DNA of 64,000 bases. It comes from Tubiluchus corallicola (lineage: Eukaryota > Animalia > Priapulida). Of the stretch, positions 11,201-26,200 are shown one piece after another (positions within the stretch are counted from its first letter, which is position 1; each line of letters opens with the position of its first letter). A program made the translations under genes and the position numbers. The notes under the pieces are model-generated. The model ran no database searches, was not told the origin of the DNA, and saw only the letters and a list, made by a program, of their open reading frames with translations. The stretch lies in the NCBI GenBank assembly GCA_030141605.1, contig JAQGDQ010000476.1, positions 1-64,000 of the forward strand, in the 5' to 3' direction.

Positions 11201-14200
11201 CAGTAAACAAGCGTTAAGTACCAAGTCGTCTTAAGTTTCTGTGTATTTTGAAATATCAACAACAGTTGTTATATAATTTAGATACATAACAATTGACAGT
11301 TGTTTCCATTATTTACAGGTTTGAGATCTGGTGGTATCTTACAAAAGTACTTCAGCTACGTATATTAAACGTTTAACTTTGTGAAACAAGAACTTGTTGA
11401 TATTTTAAAATTCACGAATTCTTCTGTAACCTCTGATGATGATCATTACTCGCCTACTTATTAACTGCCTGCTTCTTTCCGTCCTTGTTCCTTTGTTCGC
11501 CCTTGCTTCTGACGATGACGATGACCCCACAGAAAGAAGACCTTCAAAGTGTGAAGTTTGCAAAATGTTAGTTGCGGAGCTGGACGAGCGACTTGGTAAG
11601 ATCACATCACATGATCAGTTTGAGTATGGTCGCTTCGGCATGAAGGCTGCTAAGAAGGTGAAGTTTAACAAATCAGAAGCACGTCTTATTGAAGTGCTTG
11701 ATGAAGTGTGCGATCAGGTATATACATATAAAGTTCATGCGGAGCGTAAGGGCAGTTTGAGGTACGCTAAAGGTGAAACTCAAACTATGCAGACACTAAA
11801 GGGTCTGAGGAACAAGGGAGTAAAAGTTGATTTGGGAATTCCGTTAGAGATGTGGGACACACCTCATGCCGAAGTTGGACATGCAAAGCGTATGTGTGAG
11901 GTTATGCGTGAAGAATATGAGGAAAACATTGAAGAGTGGTACTTTGGAGATCAAGAAAAATCATTGGCACAGTTCTTGTGCACGGAAATAATATTAAAAG
12001 GAGAAGATGATCAATGTCTGAGCGAAGTTTATGTGCCTGAAGATGACGACGACGACGATGATGATGATGATGATGATGACAATACAGATGACAATAAGGA
12101 CAACAAAGATGATAGTGAAAAGAAAACCTCGAAGAAAAAAAGTAAGAGGGAAAAAGGAGACACTGGAAATCGTTATTCAACATCACGAAGGAAAAGGGTA
12201 GAAAAACGCACTGATGACAGTGAATCGAAACATGACAGTGAAAAGGTAAAGGAGGGTAATGATACTGACAAAGACAAAAAAAATACAGAAAAAAAAGCTA
12301 AAAAAGATGTGAATGAAAATAAACATGTGGATGATTCGAAAAAGGAAAGTAAAGAAGTGAAAGAAAACTCGGAAAAAATGGTAAAAGTGACAGAAGTTCG
12401 TGATGATGGTCTGAAGGATTTGAAAGAAAAAGGGGAAATAGATGCTGCTGTTGGTAATGATACGAGGTCAGATAAAGAAAGTGAAACGATTGTAGTAGGC
12501 ACTAAAAGTGGCAATAAAGAATTTGAAAAGAAAAGTAAAAGAGTAACAAAAGATAGTGACAAGGATAGTGACAATAAGGACACGGAAAAGCCAGGCAAAA
12601 AATTGAAAAGAGACACTAATGTTTCCAGTGCTGAGGTTTCGGAAAAAGAAGAGAAAGAACTGGGAACTGATAGTGATGACAACAGTGCCAAGGTCTCGGG
12701 AAGGAAAACCAAAGACATGAAAGAAGGAACTGGTGACAAGATATCAAAAAAGCAGAGCAAAAACGTAAAAGGAGATGTAGGAAAATTTCCAAAAACTGAA
12801 TTGTGATGACAGTAAATTACGAAGTTTATTTATTAAATTTTATTGTGAATTAGACTTTAATATTGAGAGTTCGGTTTTAATTGAAATGCGTAAGTGCAAA
12901 GCTTCAAATATTTTGGTTTCTTTGTTGTTATGTTAAATTGCTAATTGTACTTTGTACATTCATTGTCATTGTACTTCATAGTACTTCATAGTTGGTATTG
13001 GGTATTAGGTAACAAATTTGTGTTTATCATCATTTGAAAGGCAGTAGTTTTTGCTTTTTCTTGTATTATTAAATTGACCACATAACCTGCCACTTTTCCT
13101 TTAAGTTTTGCTTTTTGGTTATCTATTAACCTGAAGTTTTCTTTAAAATGATCACTTTCTTTCATGTAAATAATGTCCAATTTTTGTGCATTCCGTTTAT
13201 TCAAATCGACAATTTTCTATGTTGATTGAAATTACATTGTTAAATGTTTTGTAATAAATTTTTGAATAATTTGATCTTTGACGGCAATTTCCAATTTATT
13301 ATATTATTTACATTTTCTTTTGTTTCATCAGTTTTTATTGAAGATCAAATGACACGTCATTTCAAGTTTAAAAACAATCTTCGCAATGTACAGTTGTTCA
13401 AAAATACTGACTGGTTGAGCGGTGAAATTTTTTGTTTGCATTCTTTATTTTACAATTTACATTTTTAAAGTTTTGAGCTACCTAAATGGTAATTTATTAG
13501 TAATCATTGTAACAAGAAGTTTTGCCATACACTGTATTTTGTTTTTGTCCACTCACGCATTTACATCTTCTTTGTACATTTATTGATAAGTGACTTAGCA
13601 GCATCTGTCAAGTGCACAAATAGTTACTTAATTTAATTCTTTTATTTCTCTTCAATTTTCTTTTTAATAGTTTCACTTTTTTTCAAATATGTCTGAACCT
13701 CTGTAGTTGCAACACCTTCCATTTACATACTTTTCGAGAAGTTGTCAACAATAGTCAATTAAGCCTTTTCTATTCGTGCTAGTTGAAATTCTTACAATTG
13801 AAATTCTTAGGGGGAGCAAGCGTACAAAAAGGCATCGTGACATATACCAAACAATTTTTAAAGCATTGTTCATACATTTTAATTTTTGGTTTAAAGATAC
13901 ACGTGGAAGATACAGTTTTGAAGGAAAAACACAATTGTTTTATTTAATTATTTTAATTCTAAATGTAAGATGAAGTTTTGTGAAAAATGTATTATAATCC
14001 ACCTCAGAATAGCCAATTCTCTTTCAATTGAGAGCAAATCTAACCCAGACAATCTCTCCTCACCATTTCAAAAACAGGTAGGATGCCCATTTCAAAAACG
14101 GGAGGCATGCAGGTTGGTCAAATAAAGTATTGACTCCAGAAAATTCTAAGGCCATGTGGTTAATAAAATAAAAAAATATTCAACTTTTTTTACACAAGTG

Positions 14201-17200
14201 AACTAAATACTTAAAAATTGTTGAAAAGATGTCAGTTTTAAAAAATGTGCTCTGGGGGAGCGGTTGCTCCCCTAATGCCATTGTCTATGGTCGCTTCCAC
14301 TAGAATTCATAGATATGAACTATCTGCTGGCATATCTTAATATTGCCAATGTTGAACAAGCAAATAGATAGTTTTGAGAAATTTTGAATAGGATTCATAC
14401 ACCAAATATATGTAACACTGCAATGGATGGGAAACGACGATAGCATAAAGTAGTTTAACTAAATTTTTTGTTACTTCACAACAACTGCAATGTGCACAGA
14501 ATGTGGTTTGCCTTGATTGTTGTCATTTCACAGCGGGATTTATTGCTTTCTGTTTACGAATCTCATGTACAGGCACATTGTAAGCTTGTTTTTCAAAGCA
14601 TTGTATTGAAGTGCAGTTTTGTGTAAATTTTGTCATTCTCAAAATATTGAGGAATTTAAAAAGTTATACTAGCTTCTATTAATTCAGTAATAATTTTGTA
14701 GAGGGTGACACGAGTGATATAGACTGTGCTGATAGCAGAATAAAATTATTTCATGTATTAGCAAGCACAAGATGGTGACATCTACTTCATGTGAAAGATG
14801 AGCAGCGTTATATGAGTTGATGCCCTTTTAATTTACACAAATTCTTATATTGAGGCATTGACAAAGGCCCAGTGATTATAAATTACTTTTTACATTTTCA
14901 AATCTTGCTCGTTCCAAAAATGTCAATGAAATACACATATGCAAGTTGCTGAAGTACATGTATAGATGGCGGTAAAAATGGCACAAATGGAAAAGTAAGT
15001 AAAAAAATGGCACATGGAATGCCATTTTTTTCTGTGTCATTTTTACCATGCCATTTTTCTCTGTGCCATTTTCATTTCACTTACATTCATGCATGATTAG
15101 AGACTTTCATTAAAAAAGTTTGTATGCCAAAATGCTGATTATAGGTTTTTTGGGCATTAGACACACATTACTAGAACTAATTCTGAAATGCAGTAATAAA
15201 TTACACAATAAGATATACATCTGTCGATAGTGAGTGGAAATTTTAGGTTAGGTTTAAATTATTAATTTACTTAAAATGTCTAAAAATGCCTCTTACCAAC
15301 TTTAAATCCTTTCAAAATGATTTGACAACAGCTTTGTCTAACCGTTACAACCATCTGTTTAATGCTTCTTTTCTGTGCCATGGTTTTAATTGGATACTTT
15401 AAAGCCAAGTTACACATGTCTTTTTATTTTAGGTTAAAAATAAAACTCCAGCAGAGATCCAGATCACTGCCGAGCAACTTCTGCGGGAAGCGAAAGAGCG
15501 GGATTTGGAGATTGTTGTACCACCACCGAAGCAGAAAATTTCAGATCCTGAAGAGCTAGCAGACTATAAACTACGAAAACGAAAGGTGGTATTTCTACTG
15601 TCTAAGTTCACGCAGAGTTTCTCACGATAGACTTTTAGATTGCATGTAACTCTAAATACATTTATTAAGCTAATAATTTCTTCCTTCTCAAGAAGTATGA
15701 TAAGTATTTTAATAACAGATGTTCATTTTACCACCTGCGGATGGTGGTAAAAGTACTTATATAGAATCTTTTTGAGTACTTGGGTTAAAATGACATATTC
15801 GTTTTTTGCTAGCAAAAAATACTTAGTGCAGTAAGCGCCACTTTTGGACAGAAGTGTTTGACCCAATTAACCGACTGAACCTATTAACCGATGGCTTTTA
15901 GTAAAACTGGTATAAAAGTATGAGTCTTCAGTTTAGTTTTCAGCTTCAAAAGCGAACTAAGATGATATAAAAGTCATAAAAGCTTATTAGTCAGATGAAA
16001 GTGTCTTATTGAAACATGTAAAGCAAAAATATTGAGTCAATTATGCAGAGTTATTTGAGTCAATTACCGACAGTTTTTATGTACATTTGAATAGAAGTGG
16101 CCCGTACAAGGCATTTTTGTGTCAATTAAGCGACTGAGTCTATTAACTGTGAGTCTATTAAGTGGCACCTACTGTAATACATTAAAATACAGGGGTGATA
16201 CTAAAAATAAAAACATTTTGAATTGTAGAATAACCGAAACACTTCATTATTTTATTGTAGTAAATATGTTACAGTACTCTGGATTTGAATTTGCTTTTGC
16301 CTCTAATTGACCCTATGAAATTATTAACTATTATATTTAATAGTTTAGCAGTTTACTTAATCTGTGCATTTCAAACTTTTTTCCACTTAATGTTAACAAA
16401 TAAGCATCGAAACTAAAATTCATATTTATTACTTGGTAATTCACTTTTTAGTCATGGCCAAAATGAAATCATTTTTATATTGTGCAGGAGTTTATAAAAG
16501 TTACAAATTGAAACATTAATCTAACACTTGTGTCGCTATTGAATTATTGAATTTGATACTGTGTTACTGTAAAAGTACTGATATCAGATTGTAAATGTCT
16601 AAACTTTGTATTAGCCTAGCCATTACTTAAGATACGATAATCAGGTTTTATCTGTCTCAAAAAAATTGAGAATGTAAAAATGTGTTTATAAGAAAGACAT
16701 TATGTTGAATTTAACTTGATTTTTGCAAGGCGTTTGAGGATAATTTGAGGAAGAACCGAGGTTTGATATCAAACTGGATTAAGTATGCTCAGTGGGAAGA
16801 AAGTCAGCATGAAGTACAGAGGTTTGTAATTTTTGCCTGCTTTCTTTTTTAAAGTATGAAACTAGTTAAGTTTTGAGCTATGTAATTGCTGTAAAGTTAC
16901 TCCAAATAGTGTCTAGAAGGACCGAGTGATTAGTTTTTGCTGTGTCAATAGAATAGAATGCATGTTGTGAAAGTTATTGGTTGTTTCTCTTTGGTTTTCA
17001 AAAAATTTAGACAACTTCGTTTTTTGACCACAAACATTGTTGACGTGAGCTTGATTTGTAGGATTCTATTCATTCAATCATCTTTGTTTATTTTTACTTG
17101 TCTTCTCGCATGTGCATGTATCGCATTAATTAACATTAAAGAAATCCTTTTGTAAAAAGAAAGAGATATGTTATTTGATGTAACAGGATTTTGTGTGGAA

Positions 17201-20200
17201 TTTGGTTTTGTAATAGCTTTAGCAGGTCCTTGCTGTATTTTGAACACTATGTGTTTTTTGTCAGATTTTCAGTGATATTTTCTTGTTAACTGTTGAAAAT
17301 GATCACTCATTTATAACTTGCAGAGCACGTTCAGTGTTTGAGAGAGCTCTGGATGTTGATCATAGAAACATTACCTTATGGTTGAAGTATGCAGAGATGG
17401 AAATGAAGAATAAACAGGTGAATCACGCCCGTAATCTCTGGGACCGGGCAGTGAGCGTTTTGCCGAGAGCCAACCAGTTCTGGTACAAGTACACATTCAT
17501 GGAGGAAATGCTTGGAAATGTGGCAGGTGAGTGTCTTTATCACTGTCAGTGTTTGAGAGAGCTCTGGATGTTGATGTTCAGTCACAACTGTGACTGAAGG
17601 AATTAGTGTGAAATTGCCATGAAGATCTTTGCATAGATTAGCAGTGATAGTGTAAGGCTAATCTCATTAAATAAAAGAAATGTTTTATGCAGTTTTTAAC
17701 ATAATAGTTGAAGACTTGTATTGCATTTGTGTATCTAGTGTTGACTAGTAACATGTTGAAATTATGTTGTGTTATTTTTTCAATGATATGTAATGTGACA
17801 CCATTTACTTATTTAAAACCCTTTTAAGCAATGAATGCTATTTTCACTGTAATGTGGGTGTTACTTGACAATCACTACCATTTTGCAGTATGGCACTGTC
17901 ACAAACACAAATTCACAATGCTCCATACATGGTTTGTAAAGCCATTTTTGTTTTTGCTGCTGAAATTATGTTATTAAGGAGTGCAGTCTTTTCAAATATG
18001 CTTATACATGTGTTATCCTTTATCCTTATCAAAAATGCTTAATCCTTACAATCTTTTCAAGATTATGATTACTTAAACCTGATTTTGTGTTCTGCATATT
18101 GTACAGCAGATTTAAATGTTAATTGGTGGAATTAGGATCGTCTACCAATTCTTCTGAAGCAAGTGCCATGTTGTTAGATCTAGGTTCAATATCAGTGCAC
18201 AAATTCACAATGATATCAATTTATTGTTAATATGCATCTATTATAATGCTATTGCCCACACTACAGTGCTGTTATTTTCATTTTGTCCTAAACATGAACA
18301 ACACTCGTAACTTCCTATGTAATGCCAACGATACCATTCATGGATGATCCAGCCAGCCAGTTTGACTTTTGATGCTCTGCGCTCGTCATTTACAGATCTG
18401 AACTGTCCTACAGTTATCATAGGTTTCATACATGTTACTATAGTGTAATACAGCTAACTTTTGTGTTGCAGGTGCGAGACAGATATTTAATCGTTGGATG
18501 GAATGGGAGCCTGAGGAGCAGGCATGGCAGACATACATTAAGTTCGAACTACGCTACAAGGAGATGAACAATGCAAGAAATGTTTATAGAAGGTAATCTG
18601 TAAATTGAGAGCAAAGTTAAAGGTGTCATGTAGCTCAATATTAAGCTATTGATTACACAATAACAACAACAATGACAACAACAAGAATCATAGCGACAAG
18701 AACAAGAACGAGAGCAACAAGAACAAGGACGACAATGAGAATGACAAGAACTATAACAACAACAACTACAACCAGAGTGACAATGACAACAAGTGTAATA
18801 ATTGCTGTACAATTTTAGGATATAAGTAAAAGATTAATCTGTGTAGTAAATTAAATTTTTGATGTATGTGTATATTAAGTTCTGCCAGACTGTTTAACTG
18901 AGTAGTTAGTAATGCTGTTTCCAGCATTATATTAGTTGAGGTAGAAGTGCACTTATTAATGACATTGCAAGTTTTTCAGTTATTCTCTCTGAAGTTGAAC
19001 GAACTAGTGTTGCTTTTCATAAAGCATTAGACCTTTATTCAACATCTAAGTAACTGTAATTGTGCCTATAGCACAATGGTCAATTCTCTTCATGTTAGTT
19101 ATATGTTTGGTATGTTTATGTCGATTGTTAGGTTCGTAGTCATTCATCCAGAAGTGAAGAATTGGCTAAGGTATGCAAAATTCGAGGAGCAGCATGGCTA
19201 CATTAGCAGCGCTCGGCGAATCTTTGAGCAAGGTGTAGAGTTTTTCGGAGAAGAGAACATGGACCCAAAGCTCTTCCTGGGTTTTGCCAAGTTTGAGGAA
19301 AATCAGAAAGAGGTAAGCACTATTTTTTAGTTTTTTAATTAAAATCAAATAAGTCAAGAAATGCAAAATTCGAGGACTACTAGATTACTCAGTTTTTTCT
19401 TGATTCTCATCGCTTCAAGATATGAAATACTACCACGACAAAACATTCTTTGCCAAATTTCAGCTTTCTAGCTGCTATACAAGTCTTGGGCTGTACACGC
19501 GTATGCATCTGCTTTGCTCAAACTTTGCCCTTCCGTCGGTTCCTTTAAGCCGTTCTCCAATAATGCTCTGTCGTGACATCACTATTTAAAAAGCTCACAC
19601 CACCCACACACCATGCGACACCGCCTACACCATGCTACAAACAAACAGCAACAACAAAAACAGTTTGCACAATGTTACTGTCTACTGAAAAAGATCTGCC
19701 TCTTGTGCGAAAGAATAATGTGTGCGTTGTCAACCTGTAATGTGCCATGAACTACTTTGCAACCCATAATGTTTATTTGAATCTATTTGTGGATCTGTTT
19801 GCCTTACTATCTATGAGATAACAAGAGATGGTGTCAGAGATTCGAGCCCAGCAGTATTGGCGATACTACTTCGGAAACGCGTAACTTCTCCACTAAGAAA
19901 TTTCTTCGACTACTGTATTTCGTTCTCGCCCAGCATGGTGATGTGCAGTTCGGCAAGAGCCAACATGCCGGCGGATGAATATCTGTTAGACTAACTAGTA
20001 ACACGGTCAGATCGTAAATATGGAATCGTGAGTAACGATATGAACCACAGATAAGTGTACCGAGAAGCTACGCAAAATTCAGTGATGATGATTGCAGTGC
20101 AATTTTGTAGTACGCAATGAGCTGCACGAAGATTTTGCATAACGCCTACATGCAACACGGCGAAAAATAATAAACGAATTTTGTACGAATTTTCTAAAAT

Positions 20201-23200
20201 AACAAAGACTGTTTGTATGATGAGTGACGCATAAAGCTGTAACTACAAAGTTATGTGATTAACTGTGTGCAAAATTTGTGATTGAGCTGTTGTGCGATAA
20301 TTTATTATGGATGATCATGGCAATCCAGTTAATCCACCAGCTAATCCAGCAGGACCAGTGCCAACGTACATTTATGCTAATGATCTGAATGGCATCAAAC
20401 CGCCAACATTCACTTGGGACTCTAATGATCTGGCTTAGCAGTTTAAGTCGTTCCGCAGATATTATGACCTGATGCTAGCCACTCCAGCTTATCAAGATAA
20501 GCCAGCAGCAGAAATGGTCAGTTATATCCTACTATGGATGGGACCACGCGCTGTAGAAATATTCAACAATTGGACACATTTATCCAAGACGATAAGGGAA
20601 ATCCAACCACAGTGTGGGAAGCATTCAATAATTACTTTGAACCTAAAGCTAATTTTCGTTTGGCAAGGTTCCAATTACATAAGATGCACCAGGACAATGA
20701 TGAGCCTGTCGACAGTTTTGTCACCCGCCTTAAGGCGCAAGCGAACAAATGTAATCTTGGGAATTTACAGGCAGTCGAGGATAGTATCATCGACCAAATT
20801 ATTAAAGGTACCACAATGCAGCTGTACGCAAAAAACTTTTAGATCCAGCCAACTTAACATTGGATCGCACACTTGATCTCGCATGGATTTACGAGTCGAC
20901 GCAGGCACAGATGCAAACCTTTGAACAATCTGAACAACATGTTGCAGAAATTTGTCGTAGTTCAATTAACCGCCGTCGCAACTATTCTAATGACAGATCA
21001 TGTGGTAACTGTGGTGGCAGTATCCATGGTAGACAAGTTTGCCCAGCAAGAAATCAGAAATGCAATGAATGTGGCAGAACTGGACACTGGGGAAAGGTAT
21101 TTCGTAGCATAAGAAACAGAAGTAGTTCCAGACCACGGCAAAGTCGAGTCAGAAGTAGAACAATGTGCAACAGAGCTTAAAGACCCAGTAGTAGCAAAAC
21201 TCAACAAAGTCGATCTCAAAATAAGTCAGTGCATAGTTGTGACACCTTCAACCCAGAAGACCCAGAGGAGTTTGAACAGTTGTCGCTCTATTCGATTCAC
21301 ATCTACAGTAATCACATCAGTTCATCTGAGAGGAAAACTGAGGAATATGCAACAGTAAAAACTAAACCATACATTGAATTGCCTAATCAACTCGCTAATC
21401 TGCGTGGCAAAGCAGACACAGGCGCACAAGGAAATATCCTACCAATTAGAGTGTTCAAGAAAATGTACCCGAAACTGTGTTGATAGTCATGGTAAACCTG
21501 TTCACATAAATGATTCTAAAATAGTGTTGACAGCGTACAATGGTACCAACATACCACAGTAACATACCATATTACGTTTCCGTGTCAGTTGCAGCAAGGA
21601 GACTGGAAGCAAACCACATTTTATGTAGCTGATACGTCGGGACCAGACATCTTTGGTATAACCTGTACAGAATTAGGACTTGTAACTCTCAACTGTACCA
21701 TGAACAAAACTCTGGGTAATTTTCTGTCATGCAATACAATGCCGACAATTAATTCAGTGAATGACCTTGAAAGCTCATTTATAGATGTGAAATTGTAAGT
21801 TATAGAAAAATTCTGAACTCATATTTTTATAACTTGTTAGAAAGGGGGATTTCTTAGCTGACACACTGAAAAAGATCTACTTAATGTGCACAAGAATAAT
21901 GTGTGCGTTGTCGACCTGTAATGTGCCATGAACTATTTTGCAACCCATAATGTTCATCATAATAATAAAGCTTATTTGAATATATTTGTGGATCTGTTTG
22001 CTTTATTATCTACGAGATAACAAGAGAGTTTCCTGCATGAAATGATAAATTATAATAAATGCACCCACACCATGATCGATATTGCACGAACATTCGACAT
22101 AATTTTTGCTTTCTTCTCCTGAAGTGTTGGTAAAAATGTGAGAACTTTCTACATACTCTTGTTTATTGCTCTGGAAATGATGGTAATAAGCTAACTTAAC
22201 AGATTGTTAATATGCATTTACTGTTGCTCATAGAATCCAAATATTTATCAAAATTAAGAATGTTCATTGTTCACACAGTCTTACTTGAACAGGAACAAAA
22301 ACGAGACTGGCTTCATGGCAAACAAGTCTGTTTATAAAAGCTACATTGCAAGAGAGAAACAAAAAAATATATAGCAAGCTAAGTAACATCAGCTGACATT
22401 CACCCCATATGGGGCTTATAACCATGTCTGACATATAATCAAATGTAATATATATATATATATATTGCAAAGTCTAGCCACAGTGACTATAAAATAACAC
22501 ACACTGGTGACATGTACATTTTTACATATGCATGTGTTACTTGTTGATTATAATTTCCATGATAAAATCTTCGGAGACTGGGAAAATGTTAATGTATGAA
22601 AAGTAAACCACTCACTGAACTTCTAACAGCTGATCAAATTACATTTATGTTTATTGTGTATCATATGTGTAGCATGACAGAGCAAGAGTCATCTACAAAT
22701 ATGCCCTGGAGCACATTCCAAAGGAGAAAGCGGCAGACCTTTTCAAAGCTTACACGATACACGAAAAAAAGTTTGGAGACAGAGCGGCGATTGAAGATGT
22801 GATTGTGAGCAAACGAAGATATCAGTACGAAGAGGTAAGCGTTTGCTTCACTTTCAAGAATTTCAGCATCTACAGAGTTTTTTAGAGATATATTATTTAG
22901 GTTGCTTGCTGTGGCTGTACAAAAACTTATATCAGGAGTCACAGAACAGGTGAAACTATACAAAAAATCTTCAAATCTGACATGGAATGTCAAGTTATTA
23001 TAATATGCATGCCTATGATCCTTAGGGCATAAGGTTTGTAAAAGAAATTGGAGGATATTTTTCAAAAGTCATTAAAAGTAAGGTTCATTCTATAAGGATA
23101 GTTAATTGGTTTTCGAGGAAATTTTATTTTGCAGCTCCTATGATGGCATGCTCGGCAATTTATAAATCAAATGAAACATTTTAATCTAGTGTATTTTCAT

Positions 23201-26200
23201 TGAAGGTTTATTTTTCAAATCGGGGCCACTGGGAGTAACGGGTAACAGAAATAGCCAAAATGGGCTTCGAACTTGATATTTATATGTACTACGTATTTAT
23301 AGTTTGAGAGAACGAGAATATGCCGGAGGCGAGTTGATAATGAATGGTTAACCTATTCATCTGAGAGTGTAGTAGACATACTGTAGTTTGGTTTTCTCGG
23401 GAAACCCAAGGCTTCTAACAATCAGTGTTTATGCAAATCCATCTGCTCTTTTTTATGAAAAACTACACATATAGCCTCTGGTTAAAAATACCTTTTTGAA
23501 ACTGTGTGGGCGCCTTAGAAAAAAATATGCAACTCCTGGAAAGAGGAGGAAATGGTCTACAAGATGTGACTGTTTCGTTTAGTGAGATGCCTATTATTCA
23601 GTATGAAAACTGAAAGGTGTATTGCAAAGATTTTTACAGCCCGTAGTACTGCACACTGTATAGAACATTCACTGTTTTGCCTTTCAGAAATTACATGGCT
23701 TTCCTGGACATTGTGATCATCTACTCTTCTATTAATTTTTAGCCTATTACTATCGTTAAAGGGGAAGAAAGGATAGGCAGGCATTAAGTAAACTGTTCGT
23801 GGTTTAAAGATTATAAGTTTGTAAGCAAAATGATTCGCAGGGCTTCACTAGAAGAATTTCAACAGAAAACATGACCAGAAAAATTTTCAAATACCACTTT
23901 CAGTATGAATTTATGGAGTGGCCTTCAGTGACATTGAAATCACCTTAAATGCTACCAGTAAAATATCCACCAGATATTTTTAGAAAATTTATGCTTCAAG
24001 GAGTATGAATCAACACAGTATGGAAAATTAATATTTGGTGCCAGAATTGCAACTACAGTATTGCCTCCACTACTAGTGCAATTTTAGAACCATCTAACAC
24101 AATCCTCGGCAAAACAAACCTGAAAATGATGGAGCCTTTGTAGAGCTAGATTTACCTACACGAAATTTGTAAAAGAAAGCACATAAAAGATTCCTTTTGC
24201 ATGCAAGGACTTACAGGACGAGAAATTTAATTTTGGCTGGACAATCAGTTTAATTTTTGGTGACATTATCTGGCCTTCTACATCTTGGTTACACATGTAA
24301 ATCTTGGAAAAAAAGTTGCTGATAAAGTTAGATCAATGTTCAACACTTGAGCAACCAAAATTGAGCTGCATTGAGCCTGCATACAAGTGGATGAGCGACC
24401 AGAAGAAAACTAGTTCTGGATGGTTCCATTTGCCATGTTCTTTGTAATTTTCATCTATGGTATACTTCTGTACAGAATAACCTGATTAAATTTGCTGATG
24501 ACACAAAAATATATAGATGGGTACCATCTGAGTTTGCTGCTACCGAGTTGCAAAATGATCTAGACCAGTTATGCAGGAGTAGCACACATTTACCAGATGA
24601 TTTTCAATGTCGACAAATGCAAGGTCACGTTGGATACAATAACCCTGGTAAGATGTATTACATGAATGGAGTTGACTGTGCATTTGTTAGAAAAGAAAAA
24701 GATTTGGGTGTGTTATTTATTTATGACTTAAATGTGCAAGCCAGCGAGCTGAGGTGGTGAAGAGTACTAACCGAATGAATGAAATAGGAGAGGCATTTCT
24801 ACAATAACGAAATTGTACATAAGCTTGCTAAGAACGAAATTAGAGTTCTGTGAACAAGTATGGAATCCACACTGTGGAAGACATAAAACTTCTAGGTGAA
24901 CAATGTAAGGTGACCAACATGACTGAAGGTATGAAGAATATGTCATATCAAGAAAGGCTTAGAAAAATCGAGGCGATTTGATGCAAATTTATAAAATTAT
25001 GCATGGGGTAGGTTGCATAAAGATAGAAAAATGTTTACATTGCTAAATGAAAGTAGAACCAGACTCATACTTCATAAACACAGAGCCAGAATGGACTGCA
25101 GAAAATGTTTTTTTATGGGAAGAGTGATTAGAGAGCAGAATTTACTCCCGTCTCATATTGTTAAAGCTTCTTTAGTGAATGAATTCAAGAACAAGCTGGA
25201 CAGACCTTACCCGATTAAGCTCTACCACTCCTGAATTTTAAGAATAACAGTATGGTATGGATGATATATCGGAACATGGCTAAGAATTTCTGTTAGATCA
25301 GTATCTCATCTTAAAAAATTATTATTTGATGATTAGTTAGTTTTAATAGTGCCCCATCCACCTACAAAATAGTAGGTAATACTGAAGTGTACTGCAGACT
25401 GGCTTGCAGAGGCTCATTCAGTAAACTCATCGACTGGATTGTTAAACAACACTGTAATGTTTCATCTGTCACTGAAATAAATAAACTGTTGAGTTTCATT
25501 GATTTTTTTTGAAACAGCTGATCATTTTTTGCATAAATAACTTACATATCAGAGTAGAACTATCAACTGTGTGGCAACTGTGTCATAGTTTTCTGTCCTT
25601 ATTAGCTTCACTGTGCTATCATGCAAATTCATTATGTACATTATCTGGCCTTCTGTGTGGAAATGAGATGCATATAGCAGCTATAGAATGTCGTAAAGAT
25701 CGTGTAATCAACCTAAAAAAATCAATTTTAATATCAATAATGTTCTTTTCACATGAATGCAGTAACATGTTATCAAATGGGCTTTTTGAAATGCAGATAA
25801 TTGCCATAAGTTTCCTTGCCATATAAATGGTAAAAGGCAGTGTTTTGGACAGCTGATTTTATAACTAAATATAAATTTTCCTTTTCCAGGAAGTGAAAAG
25901 TAACTCACACAACTATGATGCTTGGTTTGATTACCTTCGTCTTCTAGAAAACGAAGGTGATATAGAGGCAACCAGAGAAGTATATGAGCGTGCTATTGCC
26001 AATGTCCCACCAACAGCGGTAAGTATCTAATATTTTTTATCATTATAAGGTTCAATTTTATTTCCTGTTGTAATTATCTTGAAACACAATTAATAATACT
26101 AGAGAGCCTTTGACCAAGATTATAATAAATTTCGAAATGCAGTCACCATGTTTTGTCTGTTGTATGCTGGTCATCTATGCCAGACATTGAAGTTATTTCT

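Noticed and set aside
11902-12760. Minus-strand ORFs of 94 and 195 aa
   Set aside because: They are antisense shadows of the low-complexity CNPY tail.
18549-18812. Cys-rich metallothionein-like ORF on the minus strand
   Set aside because: It is the reverse translation of a (CAA)n-type intronic repeat and has no ATG start.
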